NCBI GenBank assembly: GCA_963924565.1
Contig: OZ004608.1
Coordinates: 7,936,001 to 8,000,000, forward strand
From: Ascidiella aspersa
Lineage: Eukaryota
DNA: 64,000 nt
Direction: 5' to 3'
The position numbers were made by a program, and so were the translations under genes. Below, piece after piece: positions 48,201 through 57,357 of the stretch (position 1 is its first letter; every line of letters begins with the position of its first letter). The notes beneath the pieces were generated by a model. That model searched no databases, was not told the origin of the DNA, and was given only the letters and a program-made list of their open reading frames with translations.

Positions 48201-51200
48201 AAGACCTCGTTTATGCCGTCACTGAGCGCGACGCGCGCTATTTCATCGGCGACAGGCTCGACCGGGGACGGAGGCTTAACTACAGAGTCTTCTTGTTCCT
48301 TTAATTTGGTTGTATATGTTAAAACTTCTGGATGATTGCTAGAGGTGCTCTCGGCATCCTGTACTCTGCCCACCTCTTCCACTTCTACCTGATTGACGTC
48401 TCTTTGCGCCACCTCCACTTCCACCTCGTCGTCGTCCGATGATGACGAAGACGATGACGTAGTTGCAGTAGCGTCGCTTTCGTCGTCGTTCATCAAGTTT
48501 ATCTGGTAAGAGAAGCGCTTTTTAGTTCCGTCCAGTTCGTCCAGCGACGAGTCGGAATCACGTGACAGTGTCGAGGCGCGTGATTGGACCTCGTCTTCGC
48601 CTACGTCACAATGCTCGGCCGCAACAACTTCGGATTCGGGATGAAGGGGGTTCGATTCGGAGTATGGGGCTTGTTGTACCTCGGTCACAGTTATCTTTAC
48701 ATGTTGTTCTTCGCTGGTTTGTATTACATTGGATCCACGCTGTTCAAATTCGGAATCATTTGAGGTTACATCTTCAGCAGTTGGTCGTTCTTGAATCTCG
48801 AAGTTTGATTCGGAATCGGGGGCTTGCTCTTCTACAGCAATATTAGCTGTTCTGTCAACGTCAAACTGCTTCTCTTCGTTTGCGTGCACTTCATTTTCTG
48901 GCTGTTTGGATTCTGAATCAACTGTAACGGCGTCGTCAACTGCAGCAGTTGATTCTTCGCGCACCTCGAAGTACATATGCATGTCCTTAACTTCAGCAGC
49001 GTTTTGTGTCGATTCCAAATCCTGCAAGGCTGGGCTATCCGCAATGGCTGCACTGACTTCGTCGTATAAGTGCGTCGGTTCCTCCCGATAAGCGTCAGGT
49101 TGACTAGCACTTTCGATTGCACCAGCACCGAGCTCCAATTCTACCACACCGCCGTCAAGGTCGCGGGCAAGGTCAATTTTGCCTTCTTCAACTTCGTCTT
49201 CTCTCTCGCTGTTGCCTTTTTCTGCTTCTCTCTCAGCGTTCTCTTTGTTTGTGTAACCCGATTCGCTCTCGCTGTCCGAACTGGACGATGACGTAGACAA
49301 TGAACTCTCGCTGCTGGACGGCGCGATCTCGGCACGAAGCCAACTTTCGCTCTCCGCCAAATTCGAGTCCGCTAATTGCTTTTCGATCTCGCGCGGAGTG
49401 ATTTCGTTTCCGTTGTCGCTTTCAATCGATCGTTCCGGCTCGACCTCCTCGCGTGACGTCATCGGGTCCGTTTCGATCTCTGACGTCATCGCCGATGCGT
49501 TGTGGTCGATTTCTGAAAATGCGCAGAGCTGTAGAAAAACGCCAGCAAGCGAAAACGCGATTGCGCTATAGAGCGTTTTAAGCAGAAACAACCATCGCAG
49601 ACAAAAATACTTTAAGTGCGCTAAAGCTTTAACGCCACTTTGCATTTCTGTTAATCTTTTTAATCAGAACGATAAAAAAAACATAAAAACCCTATTGCGA
49701 CTCCTGCTTGGCCCAGCGCCGACGCTACAATGCTAGCGTAAAGCGAGGTGCTCGCTTCTGAACCATTTCCACGTGTAAAGTCCACGTGTTTTTCTCAAGG
49801 GCATCCCTTGCACTGAAATTGATCGCATTTCGCTTCTGTTTGCCCCCCACTCCCCTTTCCGTGCAGCTACAACGACTTAATTTCTCGCCGTAAACACAAC
49901 GTTGCCTTGCGATTAGCGACATAATTAGGCGGGCGTTGTTCTGGGAACTTAGGGGTGGGGTTGGTGCATGTACAACAAAACGGTCATTTTTGAACGTTTT
50001 TAAACAAGTAGGGCATGTAGTTCAAACTGCTGCGAGTAAACACAACCAAACTTCGGAAAAAAATAGTTAGTGTAATGCAACACACGTATTGGCAATTCAT
50101 TTTGGTATTAACGCTACTTAGCAATCCGGTGTGGGTGAAATAAATACGCCTTAGAAGTTTAATGCCCAGTGAGTCTATTCAAAGCAACGAGTGAAAGGCA
50201 AATACCGATAATGTTGATTTACATTCGGTTTTAAAGTTTCTTCTGTTTAATTTTGATGACAAATTATGTGGGCCGAAAATTTATTTTCGGGACATATCTT
50301 GTTTCTGTTTAATTTAATTGTGATTCAAGCACTATTTGTCTAGGTATTGTCATGTATTTTGCGTCTTATTTTAGCAACAAATAGAACAATATTACATGGA
50401 CATTTTGGACTAGAAATGACAAAACCCTAAAGTTACATACCTAATGACACTATGTAGCCCTAAATAAGCCAGTAGAAAGCTCAAAAAGACGTGTTAATAC
50501 TCACTCAAACGCGATTGCCTCGCGAAGGTGGCCGAGTCAGCAAAAATATATTCGCTGACAAAACCAGACGCCGGTCGATCAATAGGAAATTCACGACAGT
50601 CACAGTTTTACGGGTTCAGCACAAATTGCCTACAGCTTCGACAGGCCGGTCCTTAAAGCCTTAACTGTAACGTTGAAGTACCACGGTAAGAAATGTTACA
50701 CTACATTGCTATACTACGCAGGTAACTAATGTTTACTTGCTTGTAAACATTTCGCAAACACGATTTTCGCAGCCAACATGTTCAAGGCCAGGAAATGGCT
50801 TAATAAACGCACCAAAAAGAGAAATAAGCAACCAATGCACCGGCGCCTTGCAATATAAAAGGCGATCTTATTCAACTTCGATGACAAATCTTGCCAATTG
50901 TTTACTTGAAGTGATTTATCTCATAGCTTTCCTTTAATAAACAGTTTTTTTTAACATCCATAATTGCAAGCTAAACATATACCTAAACTCATTTGGAATG
51001 GTAAAAACAAGTGCGGAACATTTTGAAATCCCAGCTAACTGTGTAACCCCTCTAAAAAACATAGCCCAATTTATTTCTTATAAATGGTAAATAGTTAAAA
51101 TGTGAAACACGTGTACAAACGTCATTTCCGATAAATAAAACGTTCCAGTCCTACTTAAGTTTACCCTTGGCCACTTTTTTGTTCAGTTTGCCGGATGTTT

Positions 51201-54200
51201 TGCCAAACGAGCAAAGTGTGTTACAATTGAAGCTGTGTGGCGCCTTACTTGCGTAATGCCTAGGCTTGGCTAAGCAACTATTTATATCGGAAGTAAGCTA
51301 TACATGTGGCGCTGTTATGGCAAATAAGAGGACTATGTTCACTAAACATACTACATTCACACAATTAAGTTGCACGGATTTTTTGCTGCCCTTGGTAAAC
51401 TTGGTCGCACCGAAATCAATAACTCCTACACTCCATCAATACAGAACCGCATCAGGGTCGCCACCACACAGTCTGTTTACGAGTTCCCATCGGCCTATAA
51501 TGAAAGGTAAACATTCCAGATCGGATTTTACGGCCCAGGGGATTGGCGATGACCGGCTATGAAAACAAATGCCCACTTCGTTTCGTCTTCCTTGCTAGAT
51601 TTCTTAAGCTACCGCAGTTAATTGTATTTTATATTGTTAAACGCCGCTTAGTGTAAAATCTCGAACTGCATTGCGACGCACATAAAATGTACTGAAGCAT
51701 ACGCACATATATATTATTAGCCCATGTATAATAGTTTGATTCGAATTTCGTATTTGTGTTGAGCTCACAGTCAGACGCTTTTGAATAAATGAATTGCAAT
51801 CTAATATTGACACCATTTCGCACAATGGTGCTATATTTAACTTCTTGTGGTGCGAAAGTCATTTAATATTAAAAACCAACAACTCCTAAGCAGTGTCACT
51901 TAAATTACTAAGCTGAAGTAGATCGTGGAAAAACACTAATGCATTGATGTTGAAAACTAAGAAAAACGCCATAAGCATTAAAACATCTTAACAAAAATAG
52001 CGTTCCACAAATCGATATAATTTAATCGAAATCATACAACAGTGCGACACAACAGACTTAACCAACTTTTCGACTCCCATATCATACGCTAAATCATTAA
52101 CGCTGCAGAATAAACCTTCATACCGGTTAAATCAATTGCACGACCAGTAAAACGGGATGCCTTTTTGCGCCAGACGCTCTAACCTTATCTATGCAAAAAA
52201 ATCAATCGCTATCAGCACAGGTAGCTTTCGTTTTTTTCCAAAATAAAATCGAACGCTTAAAATTCATCAACATTTGCTTTTTGACCATCGATTGTGGCTT
52301 ACGCATCATTAGTGCACCGAACCGGTCGTATTTTTAACGCGTATTGCCTACAGCCGTGGTCGGCAAACGCCGGTCCGCGAGGAGTTGGTTACCGGTCCGT
52401 AGCAGGGTTGTAAGATTAAAATTTTCTTGAAAAACGAACTTAAATATCCTTATTTTGAGAAGCTGGTAAGAATATAGGAATTGGTAATTATGTTAAACCA
52501 GTGTAATTTAAGAAAAAAACGTAAATGCCTAAAAGTTTTATTGAAATGAGCCGCGGGCTGGGTTAAACTAAATTGTTTGGCTGGCCGGATGCCGCTCGCA
52601 AGTTTCAGTGAGTTCAATAATTGTTAGATGGGAGCATCTCTTTGCGTCAAAACAAGCATAAAGTTCGCATTGAAAGTTGTAATAAATTTCCTTTCCTGAA
52701 CATTTGTTGTTTTTGAAGGCCGGTCCGCGACAAAATTTTAGTTTTAAACCGGTCCGCAGTGCAAAAAGGTTGCCGACCCCTGGCCTACAGTATATAAGGG
52801 CAAGCAAAAAAATAACCTACAAGTAAACACCAAATTTGAACTGCCTTTGGCTTTTTTTGGCAACGCTACAATAGCAAAACACACACGACATATTACTAAA
52901 TAAGCTAATTAACCTTTTACAACGCATTTCAAAATGTTTAACTGTCCCCAAACTGTTCAGAAACCTTGACTAACATATTTGAGCATACGTCGTGCTATAA
53001 CCGCCTATAAGCAAAGCAAACCAAGATAAAGTGAAAGCCATTGTCTTAACTCTGTGTGCTTATAGTTAGGCGGCCTCGCAATATGAAAGCATTCAAACGA
53101 CCGTTCTACTTCCGCGTAAGTTTAAACTGATCACCAAGATTGAAACTTAGTCTGGTCACATAGGTTGAAGGACTTAACACTTACAAGGGAAAACCTCATA
53201 AAAAAAACTAGAAAAAAACAGTATTTTTATTAAAGTTGCGTATTAAATAAAGTAGGGGTAAATACCTAGTAAACTAATCCACAACCAAATATTTTAGGCA
53301 AATCTGCGTTTCTATTGGTCTGCGTTTATATCGTTAAACTAAACCCCTATTAAATTTCTGCGTTGTTTTTAAAGCAAAATCAGACGGATTTTATGTAGAC
53401 TTGTAATAGGCCTTCACTTTATTTAAAAAAGTTATGCGCAATCAAAAGTACCAACCTTGAGAAGTCAAACTAAAGCAGGGCTCAGGCAATTGAGTTTTTA
53501 ACGCTATGAGTCCTGCGCACTTAATCGTTGCACAATTAAAACCAGCTTTGCGTCAGACAACTCTCCACATAAGAAACTGCACCGTCCAGATCAATTCCCT
53601 TGCCTGTAATACTCTGTGAGCAGGCCGTTAAACAACATTACATGGAACCCGGCAATTTCAACTATTGCAATTTCGCCTCGTTCGCACCTTTAAGCATGGA
53701 AACGCCCGTTTTAACGGCGGCTCGTCAGCATTTGCAAGCAAGGTAATGTGAGACAGCGTCACCGGTAAACGGGAAATATGCGTAGGCGTGTATTGATGTT
53801 CCAAAAAAACGTACGTAAGTTAAAACATTGTCAGTTTAAGGCGAAAAGTTTGCAAAACCCGTGAAATTTAAGTCTTCTATAAAAAAAAAAAAAACGGTCA
53901 TGTAAGGTTTAGGTACCCCCCCAAAAACATATTTTGACCCCTGTAGATTCGGAAAATCAACCCCCCTACACATCTTCCTCAAAGGGGCCCTGGTTGGGTT
54001 ATGACGGCGTTATTTAACAGACAGGAAGCAAGCACCGTGTATTCCACACGGCAGACGCTATACGTATTATAAATAAATGTAAGCTCGTGTGTGTATAAAT
54101 ATGGCGTGGGCGCGCTGGAATCGCTTTCCCTTCATTCGAGCGACAACATGGCAATTGTGCAGCGTTTTTACCGGTAATTGAACGGTAGGACGCGCTGCGA

Positions 54201-57200
54201 ACAATTTTAACGTGTTAAACGCACTGTGTATGTAAAGCTACCTCACTCTCCTTATTTGTACATTTGTTAGATATAAATAAATTGTCAAGTCACAACTGAG
54301 TTCCACTGAATAATAAATACGGTCCTTCTCTGTCGGTTACACAAGAAGTGCAAAGAAGGTTGTAAATTTGATTACGACAAAAACAAGCACACTTTCACTC
54401 GAAGTCGCTTTAAGACAGGGGTTCCCAACCTGTGGTACGCGTACCACTAGTGGTGCGTGAAGGTTTTTTAGGTGGTACGCGAGTAGCTTTCGTTTTTTCA
54501 TAAAAACCCGGATTGTCAGCAAGAAGCACAGTTGCTTCAAATAGCTGTGCGACGCCGTAGAACAGCAGTGGGCGTTAATTATGCCAAATGACTGCTCTTG
54601 ATCGATATCATCAATTGTTTTATAGCATAATCTACAAATAGCGTTGAATAATTCAAATTGGAGGCTAAAAAAAGATAAAAATTTGATTCGATGAAAATAG
54701 TTGTTCTGCAAGAAGTGGTACGCGTGGTAGTACAGAGTGTCCGATTGGTACGTTATTGTAAAAAGGTTGGGAACCCCTGCTTTAAGATGATTAGTGAATA
54801 CCATTGGGAATGTTAAATCATGAAATTTTATTCTGATACCGATACCATTATTATTTCCAGGACAAAACGTATCGTGATCCGATCCTATCCCGAATGGCGT
54901 CATTACTATTCTCCAACAAGCAACATAGGCGAATTTAAACCTTAAAAGGTGGATTTTCATGTTTTTTGGTCAAAGATTGCTTTACTGTTACGGTTAAGAT
55001 GTTTAGTTACCTCAAATTATTAACCTATATAACATTTTTTAAATAAGCTTTTTATGTACAATCCGCTTTGCTGGATGGCAGATAATGTCCAAAATTCCTA
55101 AGTTTGGGTAATTTTGGACGGAGACCACCTAGTATCGTACGAGTACTGATGGTAAATCCATTGGCATCGGGTATGGGCTCCGATCCATATTATGGGACAC
55201 CTTTAATCGCCATATTAACAAACGTCTGTAGCCAATCTGCAATTTTTTTTCGCAAGTCGACTACAATAGTGCAACAGGAACTCCAGCATAATTTGCGCAA
55301 TTCTACTAGAGCAAGGGGAACAAATAATATCAACCTTGTGTAAAGGACAACTTTGTAGAAATTACACGGACTGTAAATATGTAATTTTCAAACTGGATAT
55401 TCAAAGTCCCGTCACACGGTATAATAGAATACTGGGCGTTGAGCTGCGTCAAACCAGGTTGCAGAATTTATGCACCTCTGGATCAAAAAATTGATACTGA
55501 CAATCCTTGTATTTAAATTGTATTTACTACAACAAATTAGTTTTACTCATACGCTATTAACCCGTTGGTCTACAACGCCAATCCGAAAATCCGCGAAAAT
55601 ACCCAGACCGCTATCACGTGAAACGCGAAACCCTATCCATGCGGTTTCGCTTTGTGCAAACAAGAGCTCAGCGCAAGATTTTCGCCCTGCCATATTTGGG
55701 TGTTTTCGAGCGCCTGTTGTTATTCGAGGGCCAACACTTTCGGCAAGAACTCGCGTTTTACAACTCTGTCAGACACGTTTTGCGCGTCGCGGCTTTGCCG
55801 AAAGAAACCAACTCGTAAAAGTAAAGCTATAAGGTGCCAATTTGAACGCGTGAGTAGCGGTTATGGCGATTGGTAGGCGATGACTGCGCGAAATACTTTT
55901 GGAACTGGTCCAAAGGAACCCCTTTATCGGGTTTGTTGTTTAACTTTGACTACGACTGAGCTGCTGAGAAATTTAAAATATGTTCACGTTTAAAAGGTGC
56001 TTTGTTGTGTGTTTTTTCTTAACTTTTTTTTAACAAGACATTGATGAATTTCATTGAGATGAAACTGTTCGTATACTGAGCTGTAAGTGTAACGCATTTA
56101 AACAGAAAAAAAAAACAGTGTATGTGTATGTTCCTGGTAGATTTGACAATACCGCGTTTTTAAACAAGTTTCGACAACAAATCAAATATACTTGTCTCAC
56201 CGCCCAGTAAAACGCACAAGAGTCAAAGGCACGTTTTATTATAAGCTGTTTGGACAACTAAACTTATTTATGGTACCTGAACATTATGGCATACAAGCAA
56301 AACAGCGATAAGATAAGTTTTCATTTACCTGCATGCTCATGAGCTGTCAACTCTTCTTCTTGTTTCGCCGACAGCTGCTTCCTCAGCCTCGGCTTGGGCA
56401 CAGGTGCCGAAGCTACGTCATCACCAGCATGGATGACGCCATCCGACACGGTCGGCTGCACTTGGCCATCCAAATCGTCACGTTTCTCGTTCCCGTCTAA
56501 TTGACCAGCGCTCAAATCGAAATCCGTCTGCACCTGTGGTTGTCTGAGGGGTTCGGGGGATTTCCGCCCCCGTCGGGATCCCAGCTCCCCGTCGCTGTCG
56601 TCTGATGATGACGTAACAGTGCTGTTTCGCGTCGCCGCCGCGTCGTGTTCGAAAAGCTCGATATTTTCCGATTCTTGGTCGCTCAAGTTACTGGAGCTGG
56701 AGTCGGATGACGATGACTTAGACGATGACTCAGCATCGCTGGCGGTTTGCGCGGGAAGTTGGTTTGCATCTGTTAGCATATTGATTGGGTTTTATTGGTT
56801 TTGTCTAATATTACAGAGTTATTCTGTTTAATTAAATGTGTATTGAGCTGAATGAATCGGGCTCCTCGATTGCGTCATGGCGTATAGGTTGAAATTAATA
56901 ATGCCGATATAATGAGGTAAATAAATGAAGTTAATTAAAATTTGGTTTTGAAATACAAAACTCATAGGCAAATGTTTAATGGAAGATACATACACATAGC
57001 GCTTCTGAAGTCATGTTTTGACCAACAGTAACGGCTTACGTATCATAGTACAAAAAACAACTCAAATTGAAAAACAAGGGTTTGAACAGCTGTATTTAGT
57101 AAAAACTAGTATAATGGTATTTTCTATATAGCCATCCACTACAGTAAAATACACTGTACAATTACCGGGATATTACTAATGGGGTTCTTATCACAATAGA

Positions 57201-57357
57201 GAACAAGCAACAACAATTTAAAGAAGAATTTACCTGAATCGTGGCTGTAGTCGTCCGCCTTTTCTTCCTGACCGTCCATGTCTTCGTAGAGGCGCTGCAG
57301 AGCCAGGTCGATCTTGTACTGCAGCTGATAGCGCGGACTAATCTTTGCTAGAACGTT
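18114..57357 (-). CDS. AKAP2/MISP-family protein (AKAP2_C-type C-terminus), 5' partial, about 1,700 aa visible
   Basis: Phase-consistent GT-AG exon chain: 57357-57234, 56769-56329, 49512-47466, 44042-43902, (41835-41827), 40030-39902, 39252-39102, 31528-31350, 29237-29094, 26487-26129, 24600-24477, 23925-23553, 22655-22545, 21851-21605, 20730-20618, 20072-19877, 19314-19202, 18203-18114 (5091 nt including stop). Family-like blocks, compared with vertebrate AKAP2/MISP from memory: ERKKVIKAMTRKHNPNLITKW, SLIDFEIREAAEREE, IMEQEIKDAEKREEEWR and the C-terminal RVPRRKSNLAMRWEAGKFQNDEDQ*. Confidence 0.88.
18438..18725. mobile_element. hAT (Buster/Charlie-type) MITE in the last intron
   Basis: Perfect TIR CAGTGGTTCTTAAAC / GTTTAAGAACCACTG; perfect TSD cattagag. 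Confidence 0.92.
21648..21731 (-). repeat. Coding 21-bp tandem repeat (4 x E-x-P-T-S-P-K/R)
   Basis: EAPTSPK EAPTSPK EPPTSPK EQPTSPR within exon 21851-21605. Confidence 0.9.
23190..23505. repeat. Dispersed repeat family, locally in inverted arrangement
   Basis: The block AATAT(C)A(A)AGCCCATA..GAAG..GGTA....TTGAACGTTTCGAATAACTCTTTAT is shared with about 33570-33670 and 20890-20960. A reverse copy lies at about 23350-23500. Confidence 0.65.
27304..27330 (-). CDS. Candidate 27-nt cassette microexon (RIEASEKGN)
   Basis: ctcac branch-like motif, cgcag acceptor, CAG|gtatca donor, purine-rich body, open in phase 2-2. Confidence 0.55.
27520..27872. mobile_element. AAGTCA-motif MITE family copy
   Basis: AAGTCAAGTCATTT arrays; the TTGAA(C)TTGGTAAA block is shared with the 2136-2467 copy. 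Confidence 0.65.
28957..28974 (-). CDS. Candidate 18-nt cassette microexon (SVFHKGW)
   Basis: UG-rich tract with tag acceptor, CTG|gtgaga donor, open in phase 2-2. Confidence 0.4.
35793..35804 (-). CDS. Candidate alternative first coding exon (MLEK)
   Basis: ATGCTGGAAAAG|gtataa in phase 0, matching exon 31528-31350. A CpG-rich promoter-like segment lies upstream (about 35870-36060). Confidence 0.35.
36507..36640. repeat. Tandem duplication, 2 x about 67 bp
   Basis: TGGTGTA(C/A)CTTTATGCCACATTATG...TGGAACTT(T/A)TACCT occurs twice. Confidence 0.75.
37261..37490. mobile_element. MITE with about 35-bp imperfect TIRs
   Basis: TAATGAATTCAAAGCCAAAAAGGTCGAGTAGAT / ATCTATTCGACCTTTTGCGCTTTGAAATTCATTA. 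Shorter derivatives at 21880-21935 and about 26910-26950. Confidence 0.75.
38965..39040 (+). mobile_element. tRNA-derived SINE head or tRNA pseudogene
   Basis: Intact D-arm/A-box (TAGCTCAGTTGGTAGAGC) and B-box-like GTTCGAAC, but the acceptor, anticodon and T stems do not pair properly. A homologous B-box fragment lies at about 2492-2520. Confidence 0.7.
39385..39795. mobile_element. AAGTCA-motif MITE family copy (reverse orientation)
   Basis: TGACTTGACTT arrays; ends ACAACACTG like the 2136-2467 copy. Confidence 0.7.
39902..40030 (-). CDS. Conserved-block exon of the AKAP2/MISP-like gene
   Basis: ttttttgcag acceptor, gtgagt donor, phase 2-2; encodes ERKKVIKAMTRKHNPNLITKWRPTVEKDWRDNLDSHKLESMRK, resembling the AKAP2 block [22 protein letters not shown]...HLESHKKY (recalled, not searched). 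Confidence 0.88.
40435..40875. repeat. Degenerate local duplication (period about 280-290 bp)
   Basis: Shared blocks ACAGGTT(A/T)AATT, ATGCT(G/A)ACGTGTTAAT and TTTTCACGGTATCGC(G/T)ATAC. Confidence 0.6.
41827..41835 (-). CDS. 9-nt microexon (ACTTCGAAG) of the AKAP2/MISP-like gene
   Basis: A roughly 45-nt polypyrimidine tract and aag acceptor precede it and an AG|gtaaat donor follows. It preserves the frame in a phase-2 intron and gives DAEALRSERKK. Confidence 0.65.
43035..43350. repeat. Degenerate tandem repeat, 3 x about 140 bp
   Basis: TGTAGGTT(A/G)G..(G)ACC.(A)CAC recurs at about 43039, 43181 and 43319. Confidence 0.55.
44947..45298. mobile_element. Degenerate hAT-type MITE
   Basis: Starts TAGGGGTTCTTGAAC, contains GCGGACC motifs and ends in a decayed GAGTTTAAAAAACCAG. 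A related remnant at about 57645-57835 ends GTTTAATAACCACTG. Confidence 0.5.
45927..45964 (-). CDS. Candidate alternative first coding exon (MPESTEFNATKAC...)
   Basis: 38 nt from ATG to a TG|gtaaga donor in phase 2, matching the phase-2 acceptor of exon 44042-43902. A CpG-rich segment lies just upstream (about 46070-46330). Confidence 0.55.
47466..49512 (-). CDS. Giant 2047-nt acidic, serine-rich low-complexity exon of the AKAP2/MISP-like gene
   Basis: This is the 727-aa ORF of the track, trimmed to the attttcag acceptor (phase 1) and the CC|gtaag donor (phase 2). Both phases match the flanking exons. It is E/D/S-rich with poly-Ser runs. Confidence 0.88.
52354..52782. mobile_element. hAT (Buster/Charlie-type) MITE
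   Basis: CCGTGGTCGGCAA / TTGCCGACCCCTG termini; perfect TSD gcctacag; CCGGTCCG repeats, with a related fragment at about 4900-4950. Confidence 0.88.
54416..54779. mobile_element. hAT (Buster/Charlie-type) MITE
   Basis: Perfect 16-bp TIR CAGGGGTTCCCAACCT / AGGTTGGGAACCCCTG; perfect TSD ctttaaga; GGTACGC repeats. Confidence 0.93.

Noticed and set aside
47477-49335. Multiple overlapping Leu/Ser/Arg-rich ORFs on the plus strand and in alternative frames (also at 19004, 21621, 23731, 26316, 56619)
   Set aside because: These are antisense or frameshifted shadows of real low-complexity exons.
49513-49645. Hydrophobic N-terminus (MQSGVKALAHLKYFCLRWLFLL...) of the 727-aa ORF as a signal or TM segment of a single-exon gene
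   Set aside because: It lies upstream of a good phase-1 acceptor at 49513 that matches the preceding exon, and the ORF ends at a donor site. It is most simply intronic read-through, although use as an alternative start cannot be fully excluded.
54337-54960. 207-aa ORF
   Set aside because: It runs across a non-coding hAT MITE and adjacent repeat, and has no recognisable transposase or other motif.
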